The notes: generated from the sequence alone by a model not told the origin. A DNA stretch of 42,811 bases from Deltaproteobacteria bacterium (GCA_031400655.1 JANNQH010000073.1:1-42811), one strand, 5' to 3'. Counted from the stretch's first letter, positions 7,868 through 16,380 are shown. Program-made: numbers and translations.

Positions 7868-8809
7868 TTGAGTCAGTTTCCCCCGAGTCGCCGATCATTG
7901 TCGGCGCTCGCTTCCGAGCGATCAAGTCCTCTCGACGCGCTCTCTCGCCGCTCGGTCCTGCTCGCCGGCCTCGTCGAGTCCGCCTCGCGCCGTCGGGACG
8001 TGCGCGAACTCCGCGCCCGGATCGTCCTGCTCCTGCTCAACCTGCGCTGCCCCTTGCACGCTCGCCCCACGCGCTCTTGGTACGTTCCCGGCGCCGTGGC
8101 ACGCCTCGGCGCCGAGGGCCTCCTGCGGGCTTGGGAGGGCTTCTTCGGCGAGGAGGCGCCTTGCCTGCGCTCCATGCGCTCGCACCTTGGGATGCTGGAG
8201 CAGAGCGGAATCCTTAGAAGGAGCCCCGGCGACTGGATTCCTGGATTCAGGGACGCGGCGCACCCCGAGCGCCGTCCGCGCTGGCCCGATACCTTCCACG
8301 TCCTCGACGGAGAGGCCGCGACCGAGTTCTGGGCGGGACCTGGCGGCCGGCTCCTCGAGCTCCATCCCGAGGCGCGCCACTCCCCGGACGCTTGGCGCAA
8401 GCTCTTCGGCCGTTGGCGGGAGGGCGGCCTGCAGGACGTGTTCTCTTTCGAGGCTCCCACGCTGCCCGAGCCGGCGCGGCGCGCGGCCGCGGGTTCCGAC
8501 GAGGCCCAGGAGACCCGCGCTCGCGGCGTGGCTCTGGCGCGCGGCTTGAAGCGCGCGGCGGGCCCGCTCGAGGTTCTCTCGGCGCTCGCTGGCGCCGGCG
8601 TGACCTTGAAGGGCGGCCTCGGGTTCAAGGCCGCGGGCGCCTGGCCTCGGTTGCGCGCGGTCGGCGCCTTGCTCGCTCGCGCGCTTTGCCGCGGCGATCG
8701 CGTGCGCAACCCCTCGGCTTGGGTTGCGCGAGTCTTCGAGGACGCGGCGCCAAAGGAGCTCGAGCAGGCGCGCGGGTGGATCGGCGACGAGATCGCGCGC
8801 TCGCCATGA
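7868..8809 (+). CDS. Putative replication initiator / winged-helix DNA-binding protein
   Basis: 313 aa; wHTH-like CLRSMRSHLGMLEQSGILRR; C-terminal VRNPSAWV motif reminiscent of phage/plasmid Rep C-termini; directly downstream of DnaA-like boxes. Confidence 0.45.
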   Translation: MSQFPPSRRSLSALASERSSPLDALSRRSVLLAGLVESASRRRDVRELRARIVLLLLNLRCPLHARPTRSWYVPGAVARLGAEGLLRAWEGFFGEEAPCLRSMRSHLGMLEQSGILRRSPGDWIPGFRDAAHPERRPRWPDTFHVLDGEAATEFWAGPGGRLLELHPEARHSPDAWRKLFGRWREGGLQDVFSFEAPTLPEPARRAAAGSDEAQETRARGVALARGLKRAAGPLEVLSALAGAGVTLKGGLGFKAAGAWPRLRAVGALLARALCRGDRVRNPSAWVARVFEDAAPKELEQARGWIGDEIARSP

Positions 8810-9105
8810 TCACCGACGGGTTCGAGGCCGCGGCGATCCGCCGGCGTGTCTGGCTCGGGTTGTGGGAGACCTCGTGGAGGATCACGTTCGGGCCGAGTGC
8901 GACGCTCGAGGAGGACCGTGCGCACCACGCCGCAATCGAGGCCCATTCGAACTACGTCGCGGCCGGCCTGCACTTGAAGGCCGGCAAGCTCGACGGCGCG
9001 CGATGCGGGCTCACCTGCGCGCGCAAGCTCTGGACTCCCGAGCTCGAAGCCGAGGGGGGTTTTACTTCAAGAGCGGGACGGGCAGGCTCTCGGACGCGCC
9101 GATAG
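8806..9105 (+). CDS. Hypothetical protein (99 aa, MITDGFEAAAIRRRVW...)
   Basis: ATGA overlap with the upstream gene. Confidence 0.55.
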   Translation: MITDGFEAAAIRRRVWLGLWETSWRITFGPSATLEEDRAHHAAIEAHSNYVAAGLHLKAGKLDGARCGLTCARKLWTPELEAEGGFTSRAGRAGSRTRR

Positions 9106-9133
9106 TGCCGCTTCCGGCTGGCGCCTCTCCAAC

Positions 9134-9577
9134 ATGGCGAACTTCGTCTACACACACGCGAAGCACTTGTTCTTGACCGGCGCGCTCAACCTGTCCTCGG
9201 CGGACGTGCGGGTCGCGCTCGTAATGACGAACACGACCGCCGACACCGAGAAGGACGTGTCGACGATCTCGGCCTTCACGACGCTCGACGAGTACGACGG
9301 CGCGAACTACACCTCGGGCGGCGCGGCGCTCGCCGGCGAGTCCGTCGCGCAAGACGACGCGAACGACCGCTCGGAGTTCGACGCGACCGACCTCACCTTC
9401 TCGGCGCTCGGCGTCGGCGCGCGCCAGTGCCAGGGGGCGATCGTCTACGCCTTCGTCACCAACTTCGGCGCGAGCATCCCGATCGCGTGGATCGACACCG
9501 GCGGATTCCCCTTCACCGGGAACGGCTCGAACGTGACGATCCAATGGAACGCCGAGGGCATCGTCCAGGCGACGTAG
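9134..9577 (+). CDS. Small beta-rich virion structural protein (fibre/spike subunit type)
   Basis: 147 aa; LNLSSADVRVALV...YTSGG...FDATDLTF...NGSNVTIQWNAEGI, a pattern I recognise from phage virion proteins that precede long repeat proteins. Confidence 0.65.
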   Translation: MANFVYTHAKHLFLTGALNLSSADVRVALVMTNTTADTEKDVSTISAFTTLDEYDGANYTSGGAALAGESVAQDDANDRSEFDATDLTFSALGVGARQCQGAIVYAFVTNFGASIPIAWIDTGGFPFTGNGSNVTIQWNAEGIVQAT

Positions 9578-9745
9578 ACTTCTACACCGAAGAAGGGCCG
9601 CCTGGCGCGCGCGCGCCTCGCGAACTCCAGCCCCGGAGGGCCCGAAGAAGGAAAGGGGAGGAGCTCTCAACGGTGCGGGACCACGAGCGGGGACTACTCG
9701 AGGTGCATCCAGCCGTACTGACCTTCTCCCCGGCTACCTGAGCTC

Positions 9746-12076
9746 ATGGTCTCGCGCGGCAAGTTCACGAGCTCCGGGTCGACGCCGATCTCGCCGGCGG
9801 TTTCTGGCTCTTGGGAGCGCACCGCGGGGAACTTCTTTCGCGCGCCGCTCAACGTCTCGGGGACCAACCTCAACACGACGCGGACGAGCTTCGTCGACGT
9901 GCACGGGAACGACCTCGGCACGGACGATTGCGTCCTCGCGCAGTTCGTCTCCCCCGAACCGCTCAACGTCGACCAGACGATCACGGGAACGTTCTCGCTC
10001 GTCGTCGGCGGCTTCTCCGCGACATCGATCGACAATCTCTGGCTCGCCGTAATCGCGCGAGTCATCAAGCCCGACGGGACCGAGCGCGGCGTCCTGCTCG
10101 TGCAAACAACCGACTCGGGTGCGCTCAAGTACGGCACGACCGATCGGACTCGTATCTGGTCGGCGCTCTCGGTCACTTCGGTCGCGGCGCTCGCCGGCGA
10201 TTACATCGTCGTCGAGGTTGGCTCGCACTCAGCCGTCGCCGGCGTCGGCGCGCAAGTCACGATGTGGTTCGGCGATCCGACGGGAGCGTCGGACTCCGCG
10301 CTCACCGCCGGGCTTGCCACGACCAACGTCCACTGGTGCGAGTTCTCCCAGACGCTCACGTTCGGAGTTCCGATCCCGCCGATCACGCCGAGCGCCGCCG
10401 CGGCGCCGATCGTCGCTCCGAGCCCGTCGCTCGCGTTGCTCCTCACGCTCACGCCGAGCGCGGCTAGCTCTCCGGCGGCGGCGCCAAGTCCGACGCTCGC
10501 GTTCGGCACCGCGACGCTCACGCCGAGCGCGGCAAGTTCTGCGGCCACGGCGCCAAGTCCGACGCTCGCCTTCGGGACCGCGACGCTCACGCCGTCGGCG
10601 GCGAGCTCGGCCGCGATCGCGCCTTCGGTTGCGCTGGCGCTCGAACTCGTGCTCACGCCGACGCCCGCGACGTGGAGCGCGGCCGCGCCGTCGGCGTCGC
10701 TCGCGATGCTCCTCACGCTCAACCCGACGCCTGCGCCAAGCCCGATCGACGCGCCCTTCGTCGCGCTCGCGATGCTCCTCGAGCTCGCGCCGACGGCGGC
10801 GAGCTCGGCCGCGATCGCGCCTTCGGTTGCGCTGGCGTTCGAGCTGGTGCTCACGCCGACGCCGGCGACGTGGAGCGCGACCGCGCCCGCGTGCACTCTC
10901 GCGCTCGTCCTCACGCTCGCGCCATCGCCGGCCGTCGTGGCGCTTGTCGCTCCGAGCGTCGCCGGAAATTTTGACCTCACCCCGCAGGCGGCGAGCACCT
11001 CGCTCGAGGTGCCTGCGGTCTCGCGGGTCCTGCTCCTCGCGCCGGCCGTCTCGAGCACGGTTCTCGAGGCGCCGTCGACGTCGCTCGCGATGCTCTTGAC
11101 GCTCCCGGCGAATCCCGCGGACGTCCGGATCATCGCGCGACAACCGGCGCTCTTCCTCGAGCTCGTGCTGACGCCAGAGGCGGCGACGTTCTCGCTCCTC
11201 GCTCCCGACGCGGACGCCGACGCGCCGCTCACGCTCACGCCGGCGAGCGCGAGCACGCCGCTCGACGTTCCGGCCGTGTCGCTCCTGCGCGAGCTCGTGC
11301 TCACGCCGGCGGCCGCTCAGGCGCCGCTCGTCGCGCCCGCGGTCGACGCGCTCCTCGTGCTCACGCCGTCGCCGGCGACGTTCCAGGTCGCGGCGCCGAA
11401 TGGAGCGCTCGCACTCGAGCTCTTCATCGTGCTCGCGGGCCGCGGCGGCGCCGTGCCGTTCCTGCTCACCGCGCCGAACGTCGTCACCGTGCTCGAGGTC
11501 CTGCTCGGCCAGGCCGGCCAGCCCGTGCCGGGAACGGTTCTCGTCGCGCCGCCCGTCTCGCTCTCGTTCGAGATCCGGCTCACGCCAGACCCGGCGGCGG
11601 TCGTGCTCGTCGCTCCGCCCGCTGGCTCGACTGGGGCGCTCACGCTCTCGCCGGATCCGGCCGTGGTGGACCTAGAGGCGCCGAGCGTCTCATTCGGCGG
11701 CGATCTCGTCCTGACGCCCGACCCGGTCCCGCTTGCGGCCCTCGCGCCTGCGGTCCTGATCTTCCCGCCCGTGCTCCTGCCGTCGCGCACGCCCTCGCCG
11801 GCGACGTTCTCACTCGTCGCCCTGCCCGTGCTCGTGACGATGCCCGGGATCTCCCAGAACGTCCTCGGCTCCGGGCCCGGCGTCGTGCTCTTGATCTCGC
11901 CGACGGTCTCCCTGCTCTTCTGGACGAGCACCGCGCGACCCTCGAGGACGCTCGACACGCGGCGCGCGCAGGCGCTCGGGCTCGATCGAGCGCTCGCGCA
12001 GGCGCCCGGCGGAACCCGGCTCGCGCGCACGCTCTCGCTCGACCGCTGGCCTCCAGTGACCGGCCCGGGCCCTTGA
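9746..12076 (+). CDS. Repeat-containing fibre/scaffold protein: N-terminal beta-sandwich domain + ~22 tandem 20-24-aa repeats
   Basis: 776 aa; repeats of the form L(T/V)LTPxPAxxxxxAPxVxL from ~aa 212 to 725; N-terminus SPEPLNVDQTITGTF...PDG resembles a CocE/PepX C-terminal jelly roll. Confidence 0.75.
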   Translation: MVSRGKFTSSGSTPISPAVSGSWERTAGNFFRAPLNVSGTNLNTTRTSFVDVHGNDLGTDDCVLAQFVSPEPLNVDQTITGTFSLVVGGFSATSIDNLWLAVIARVIKPDGTERGVLLVQTTDSGALKYGTTDRTRIWSALSVTSVAALAGDYIVVEVGSHSAVAGVGAQVTMWFGDPTGASDSALTAGLATTNVHWCEFSQTLTFGVPIPPITPSAAAAPIVAPSPSLALLLTLTPSAASSPAAAPSPTLAFGTATLTPSAASSAATAPSPTLAFGTATLTPSAASSAAIAPSVALALELVLTPTPATWSAAAPSASLAMLLTLNPTPAPSPIDAPFVALAMLLELAPTAASSAAIAPSVALAFELVLTPTPATWSATAPACTLALVLTLAPSPAVVALVAPSVAGNFDLTPQAASTSLEVPAVSRVLLLAPAVSSTVLEAPSTSLAMLLTLPANPADVRIIARQPALFLELVLTPEAATFSLLAPDADADAPLTLTPASASTPLDVPAVSLLRELVLTPAAAQAPLVAPAVDALLVLTPSPATFQVAAPNGALALELFIVLAGRGGAVPFLLTAPNVVTVLEVLLGQAGQPVPGTVLVAPPVSLSFEIRLTPDPAAVVLVAPPAGSTGALTLSPDPAVVDLEAPSVSFGGDLVLTPDPVPLAALAPAVLIFPPVLLPSRTPSPATFSLVALPVLVTMPGISQNVLGSGPGVVLLISPTVSLLFWTSTARPSRTLDTRRAQALGLDRALAQAPGGTRLARTLSLDRWPPVTGPGP
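10380..11915 (+). repeat. Degenerate tandem coding repeats (~60-72 bp units)
   Basis: e.g. acgctcacgccgagcgcggc...gcgccaagtccgacgctcgc recurring; near-identical blocks at ~10600-10680 and ~10795-10880. Confidence 0.85.
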
Positions 12077-12110
12077 GTCCTCCGCGGCCGTTCTCCATGC
12101 TCGGGCGACC

Positions 12111-12611
12111 TTGAAGGCCCTCCGCCAATACGACGCCGGCGTGGTCTTGAAGATCCCGCTCCGGGATCAAGACGACGAGATCATCGACCTCGACGGAACC
12201 GAGACGGCCTGGTTCCTGCTCGAGGCGCCGTCCGGTCACCGCAAGCGCTTCGCCGCGACCGTCGACGAGACGACCGAGACGATCGAGTACACGACCGAGA
12301 CGCTCACCTTCGACGAGTGGGGAACCTGGCGCCTGCAGGCCGAGGTCATCGGAACCGGCTACCACGTCCGGACCGCCGTCCTCCTGCTCGAGGTGCAATC
12401 GAACCTCGACGCCCCCAGGCTCGTGCTCCGGCCCGATCCCGCCATGCTCGTGCTCCGCGCCGTCTTCCCGTCGCTCGACTACGTCGAGTCCGAGCTCGTC
12501 TTCGGCGTCGAAATGGCCGACGGTTCCTTCGGCGTCGTCGAGCTCGACGACGGCAAACTCCCCGTGCTCCTCTACGACGGCACGACCGCGCTCGTCGAAG
12601 TTTTCCAATGA
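12111..12611 (+). CDS. BppU-N-like Ig-fold adaptor protein carrying one fibre repeat
   Basis: D.GVVLKIPLRDQDDEIIDLDG...PSG...IEY...GTWRLQAEV pattern, followed by LVLRPDPAMLVLRAVFPSL. Confidence 0.6.
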   Translation: MKALRQYDAGVVLKIPLRDQDDEIIDLDGTETAWFLLEAPSGHRKRFAATVDETTETIEYTTETLTFDEWGTWRLQAEVIGTGYHVRTAVLLLEVQSNLDAPRLVLRPDPAMLVLRAVFPSLDYVESELVFGVEMADGSFGVVELDDGKLPVLLYDGTTALVEVFQ

Positions 12612-13258
12612 GTCAAGCGAAGCCCCTCGTCACCCGTCCGGTTCCCGGAAGCGCCGTCGACAAGATCGTTCGCGAGGGTCTGTGGACCGCGCCGCAGGAC
12701 TGGCGAGCGGGGACTCGCGTCCTCACGAACGAGACGCCGACGAGCGCGCTCGACTGGCGCTCCGCCGGCGGCGACGCGACGCCGGTCGACCTTCCGAGCG
12801 CGGCGCTCGACTGGCCGCTGTTGCGCCGGACCGGCCTCGTCGTATGGGACGTGATCGCCGACTTCGCCTCGACGCTGGCGACGCCCGAGACCTTCAACTG
12901 GGAGCTTCGCGCGGAGAACGCGGCGCTCTCGACGCCGTTCGTGATCGTCCAAACAATGCCCTCGGTCGTGTGGGGCGCCAACTGCAACCTGCTCTTCGAG
13001 GCGAAGCTCCGCGTGTGCGCGGCCGCGAACGCGGCGCCGCGATTCATCGTCGAGACGCGAACTCGGATTATCGACTTCGTGACGGGTGTCGCGGGCATGG
13101 ACGAAACGAACTACGGCTATCCGCTCGGCATCGACGCGCGCACCGCTCGCGAGCTCTCGTGGCGCTTCACCAAGGGCGGCGCAGGCGGGAAAATCATCAC
13201 GTTCCAGGGGATCGGTTGTTATCAACCGCTCGCGACAACCGGAGGCTGGGCTCAATGA
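12608..13258 (+). CDS. Hypothetical beta-rich protein (216 aa, MSQAKPLVTRP...)
   Basis: ATGA-coupled on both sides within the 9134-14339 operon. Confidence 0.7.
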   Translation: MSQAKPLVTRPVPGSAVDKIVREGLWTAPQDWRAGTRVLTNETPTSALDWRSAGGDATPVDLPSAALDWPLLRRTGLVVWDVIADFASTLATPETFNWELRAENAALSTPFVIVQTMPSVVWGANCNLLFEAKLRVCAAANAAPRFIVETRTRIIDFVTGVAGMDETNYGYPLGIDARTARELSWRFTKGGAGGKIITFQGIGCYQPLATTGGWAQ

Positions 13259-14271
13259 CGACCGTAGTTCCGACCTTCTCCGACCAAGTTTCAGGGGAAG
13301 AGCTCTGGTGTCGATTCGACTATTACCAGAACCCGACGCCCGTACTCAACAGCGCCGGCGCGCGCGCGAACCCGTGCCTCTTCTTCGGCCACACCGGCGG
13401 CGGAACGCTTCAAGATCACCGCGCGGCGCGCGACAGTGGCGACACGCTCTTCTGGCACCTCTTCCGCTGGCTCCTCCAGAATCAAGGCGCGCAGAACTCG
13501 GAGGCGCTCGTCGGCCCGGCCTTGCATTGGGACCTGTGCGGATACACGAGCGGCCAGCGCAAGCACAAGAACACAATCCGGCGAACGCGCGCGATCTATA
13601 CCCCGGAGTCGATTCTCGACTGGTTGCGGATCGTCGCGCAGATCAAGGCGCGGCACGCGATCTACGGGTTCGACCCGGACAAGTGCGGCCACCTCGGCGA
13701 GTCCTATCGGGCGATGATCTCGCAACTCGCTCTGCTCGGCTGGCCGCCGGCACTTGCCGGCGCGCAGGACTCGACCTTCCGGTTCAATATCTTCGCGCAA
13801 GGCCCGATCGACTTGCGCACGTTTTCTGGCGTCGACTTCTTTCACTACTCGCGACACGGCGAGATCACCGGCGTCCGCGCCGACGCCGGCGACTCGAACG
13901 GCGGAACCGGAGGCCTCGAGTGGGACCTCGTTCCGACTTGGATCAAGAACCGGCTTTCGATCCGTTGGTATTACGAGCAGGGTCTCGTCGGCGGACACGT
14001 TCCGACCTACATCGCCTTCCCGCTCGCCGGCGACGGCGTGCAACCGCTCGGCAACGCCTTGCACGTCGGGAGCGATCCGCACGACTCGAGCCAGGCCGCA
14101 CTGCTCGCGGCGGCGATGGCGGCCGCGGATTGCGCGCACGAGGTCGAGGTCCTGCTCGGCGCGCCCTACGCCTCCCTGATCAACGCGCAATATCCGAGCG
14201 AGCCGACCGACCCTGTTGTCCTCGCGCAGTTCAACCGCTTCGCCGACTTCATGGCGCCGTTCGGCGTCTAG
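13255..14271 (+). CDS. Alpha/beta-hydrolase-fold (esterase-like) protein, 338 aa
   Basis: FFGHTGGG (HGGG-like oxyanion motif), YGFDPDKCGHLGESYRA (HSL-like nucleophile elbow), late DPHDS histidine. Confidence 0.6.
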   Translation: MTTVVPTFSDQVSGEELWCRFDYYQNPTPVLNSAGARANPCLFFGHTGGGTLQDHRAARDSGDTLFWHLFRWLLQNQGAQNSEALVGPALHWDLCGYTSGQRKHKNTIRRTRAIYTPESILDWLRIVAQIKARHAIYGFDPDKCGHLGESYRAMISQLALLGWPPALAGAQDSTFRFNIFAQGPIDLRTFSGVDFFHYSRHGEITGVRADAGDSNGGTGGLEWDLVPTWIKNRLSIRWYYEQGLVGGHVPTYIAFPLAGDGVQPLGNALHVGSDPHDSSQAALLAAAMAAADCAHEVEVLLGAPYASLINAQYPSEPTDPVVLAQFNRFADFMAPFGV

Positions 14272-14273
14272 CT

Positions 14274-14339
14274 ATGTACGTCGAGATCACCAAACTCGAC
14301 GGGACGATCGTCCGCTGGGTGGCGGTTCCGCGTCCCTGA
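14274..14339 (+). CDS. Micro-ORF, 21 aa (MYVEITKLDGTIVRWVAVPRP)
   Basis: Fills the gap between two genes (2 nt after a TAG, 4 nt before the next ATG) with typical codon usage. Confidence 0.45.
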   Translation: MYVEITKLDGTIVRWVAVPRP

Positions 14340-14343
14340 TTCG

Positions 14344-14982
14344 ATGACCGGCCCGATCAAGGTCGAGGCCGACCTCCGCGGGTTCAACGCTTGGGCCGCG
14401 GCCGCGGTCGGGCGTCAGGTCCCGTATGCGACCAAGAAGGCGCTCGACTCGGTCGCGTTCGAGGCGCGCGACGCAGTGCGGGCCGGATTGCATCCGCCGC
14501 GCTTCGAGATCCGCTCGACCTGGGTCGCGAAGGGGATCACGGTCGTAAAGGCGCGCAAGGAGGACTATCCGAACGCGACCGCGGTCGTCGGATCTCGCGA
14601 CGAGTTCATGGTCCAGCAAGAGACCGGCGGCGAGAAGGCTCCGAAGTACACCGGCAAGCTCGCAATCCCGACGCGCGCAGGACAGAAGCTCAAGGAGGTC
14701 CGGCGCACGGCGTCGGGCAAGATCCCCAAGCGCGGCCGGCCGAAACCGTTGATCGCGGCGGGAAAGGCCTTCATCGACAAGGCGACCGACGAGGTCCGCT
14801 TGCGCCAAGAGTCCGCGAGTGGGCCCGGTCGCGCGCCGCCGATCTTCTTCCTTCGCGAGAAGGCGCACCTGAAGCCACGGTTCGAGTTCCGCGAGACCGT
14901 CGAGGGCGTCGTCGCGCGCCGCTACGGGGTGATCTTCCGAGAGCAACTCGAGCGCGCGCTCAAGCCACGCGGCGCGAAGTAG
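14344..14982 (+). CDS. Phage neck/tail-completion protein (lambda gpZ-like)
   Basis: Basic 212-aa protein, QVPYATKKALDSVAFEAR...KPRFEF...FREQLERAL. Confidence 0.6.
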   Translation: MTGPIKVEADLRGFNAWAAAAVGRQVPYATKKALDSVAFEARDAVRAGLHPPRFEIRSTWVAKGITVVKARKEDYPNATAVVGSRDEFMVQQETGGEKAPKYTGKLAIPTRAGQKLKEVRRTASGKIPKRGRPKPLIAAGKAFIDKATDEVRLRQESASGPGRAPPIFFLREKAHLKPRFEFRETVEGVVARRYGVIFREQLERALKPRGAK

Positions 14983-14994
14983 CGCCGCGCACTC

Positions 14995-15330
14995 GTGCGC
15001 CTTGCCGAATTAGAACCGCGATGGCTCCTCGACGGCGTGCGCCGCGTCGGTATTGCGTTCCTCTGCCCGTGCGCGAAGTGCAAGGGCGCCGGAGTCACCA
15101 TCGCCGTTCGATTCGCGAACCCTATCGGCGGAGGCCCCGCCACACCAAACCGCGAGGAGCTCATCGGCAATAACAACGGTCACCGATGGAGCGCGGCCGG
15201 CTCCGAGCTCGAGGATCTCACCATTACGCCCTCCATCGACTGCACGAAAGACCTGAAAGGTCTCACGCTGCCGGAAGCGCAGCAACACTGGCACGGGTTC
15301 GTCACGCTCGGCGAGTGCGGCCCCGGCTGA
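14995..15330 (+). CDS. DUF6527-like metal-binding protein
   Basis: FLCPC...LTITPSI...HWHGFVT pattern. Confidence 0.55.
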   Translation: MRLAELEPRWLLDGVRRVGIAFLCPCAKCKGAGVTIAVRFANPIGGGPATPNREELIGNNNGHRWSAAGSELEDLTITPSIDCTKDLKGLTLPEAQQHWHGFVTLGECGPG

Positions 15331-15334
15331 CCAG

Positions 15335-15388
15335 GTAATACGAAACGCTGCGCGGCCTCTTGCGCGGCCCGCAGGATGACCGTATTAC
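15335..15388 (+). promoter_or_regulatory. Candidate promoter with inverted operator half-sites
   Basis: GTAATACG (15335-15342) and CGTATTAC (15381-15388); TTGCGC-N17-TATTAC. Confidence 0.4.
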
Positions 15389-15449
15389 GTTCTACATGGG
15401 AACGCGCTTCGCGGTCCCTACCGGCCGACAGGAACAAAACGGGGGATCT

Positions 15450-15866
15450 ATGAAACCGCTTGAGTGGGATAAGTACGGACTCGCGAGCTACGAGGCGCTT
15501 ATCGAGTCGATGGAGGTCGAGACCGTGATTCAGGTCGACGACGAGAACTATTCCGGCGACACCCGCGTGTTGCTCAAGAAGGGCGACCGCTACGGGCTCC
15601 TGTTCTTCGGATGGGGTTCGTGCTCTGGCTGCGACGCCCTCCAGGAGTGCGCAACCGTCGAGGAGGCGACCAAGTTGCGCGACGAGCTCTGGGAAAGCGT
15701 CGAATGGTTCGAGGACAAGGAGGCGCTCGGGCGGCGAATCGCAACCGGCGAGTGGCAACTCAAATACTCCTGGGGTTCCGAGCTTGTCGACTTCTTGAAC
15801 CGCGTCGCCGAGTTCTGCGGAATCGAACAGCGCTTCCCGCGTGAGAACGTGGAGAAGGCACCGTGA
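15450..15866 (+). CDS. Hypothetical acidic protein with GWGSCSGCD motif
   Basis: ATG at 15450 after GGGGGA; 138 aa. Confidence 0.7.
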   Translation: MKPLEWDKYGLASYEALIESMEVETVIQVDDENYSGDTRVLLKKGDRYGLLFFGWGSCSGCDALQECATVEEATKLRDELWESVEWFEDKEALGRRIATGEWQLKYSWGSELVDFLNRVAEFCGIEQRFPRENVEKAP

Positions 15867-16204
15867 AGCCCTCCGAACTCTCGCCCCTCGTCGGCCGCAA
15901 GGTCGAGGCGATCTTCAACGGCCAGCGCACCGCGATTGTCCGCAGGGTGGCGGGCGGCGAAATGCTCTCGCTCCAGTTCGCGCACGAGCGCCGCCCTCGC
16001 CTCCTCGGAATCGAGTTCGTCGTCGGCGTGCACTGGCGCGGACGCCGGCGCACCGTTGCCGAGTATCTCGACGCACGCACGCGCGAATCCTCGAGACGAA
16101 AGGGCGAGGCCGAGAGCCAGGCGCGCCAGTTCGTCAAGAATGCCAGGCGGCGCAAGGCCGCGAGCTCGACCCCCTCAACCCAAGAGCAGGGGCCTCTCCC
16201 GTGA
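15863..16204 (+). CDS. Hypothetical basic protein
   Basis: 113 aa, GTGA-coupled at both ends. Confidence 0.6.
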   Translation: MKPSELSPLVGRKVEAIFNGQRTAIVRRVAGGEMLSLQFAHERRPRLLGIEFVVGVHWRGRRRTVAEYLDARTRESSRRKGEAESQARQFVKNARRRKAASSTPSTQEQGPLP

Positions 16205-16380
16205 AAACAAAATCCGAAAAGTCAGAAGCCCGTCAAGTTGTCCCGATCCGCTTCCGCCGGGACGAGCTCGCGCTCTTGAAGCGGGCCGCCAAGCGAAAGC
16301 AAAACACGCCCTACACGACGCTCGCCCGCGAGATCGTCGTCGCCGCGGTCACGAGGAGCGAGAAGCGCGCTCGAGCGTAG
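16201..16380 (+). CDS. Ribbon-helix-helix DNA-binding protein (CopG/BrnA-like), 59 aa
   Basis: VVPIRFRRDELALLKRAAKRKQNTPYTTLAREIV beta-alpha-alpha pattern. Confidence 0.65.
   Translation: MKTKSEKSEARQVVPIRFRRDELALLKRAAKRKQNTPYTTLAREIVVAAVTRSEKRARA

Noticed and set aside
9577-9746. Stop-codon readthrough fusing the 147-aa and 776-aa genes (same frame)
   Set aside because: It would need to pass two different stops (TAG at 9575 and TGA at ~9719), and the spacer codons are atypical
10380-11915. CRISPR array or DGR template/variable repeats
   Set aside because: The repeats are in-frame, degenerate coding units without unique spacers; no reverse transcriptase or cas genes; I saw no adenine-specific mismatch pattern
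15450-15866. Assignment to a named anti-defence protein (Tad, Gad or Acr)
   Set aside because: No motif I can match with confidence; left as hypothetical
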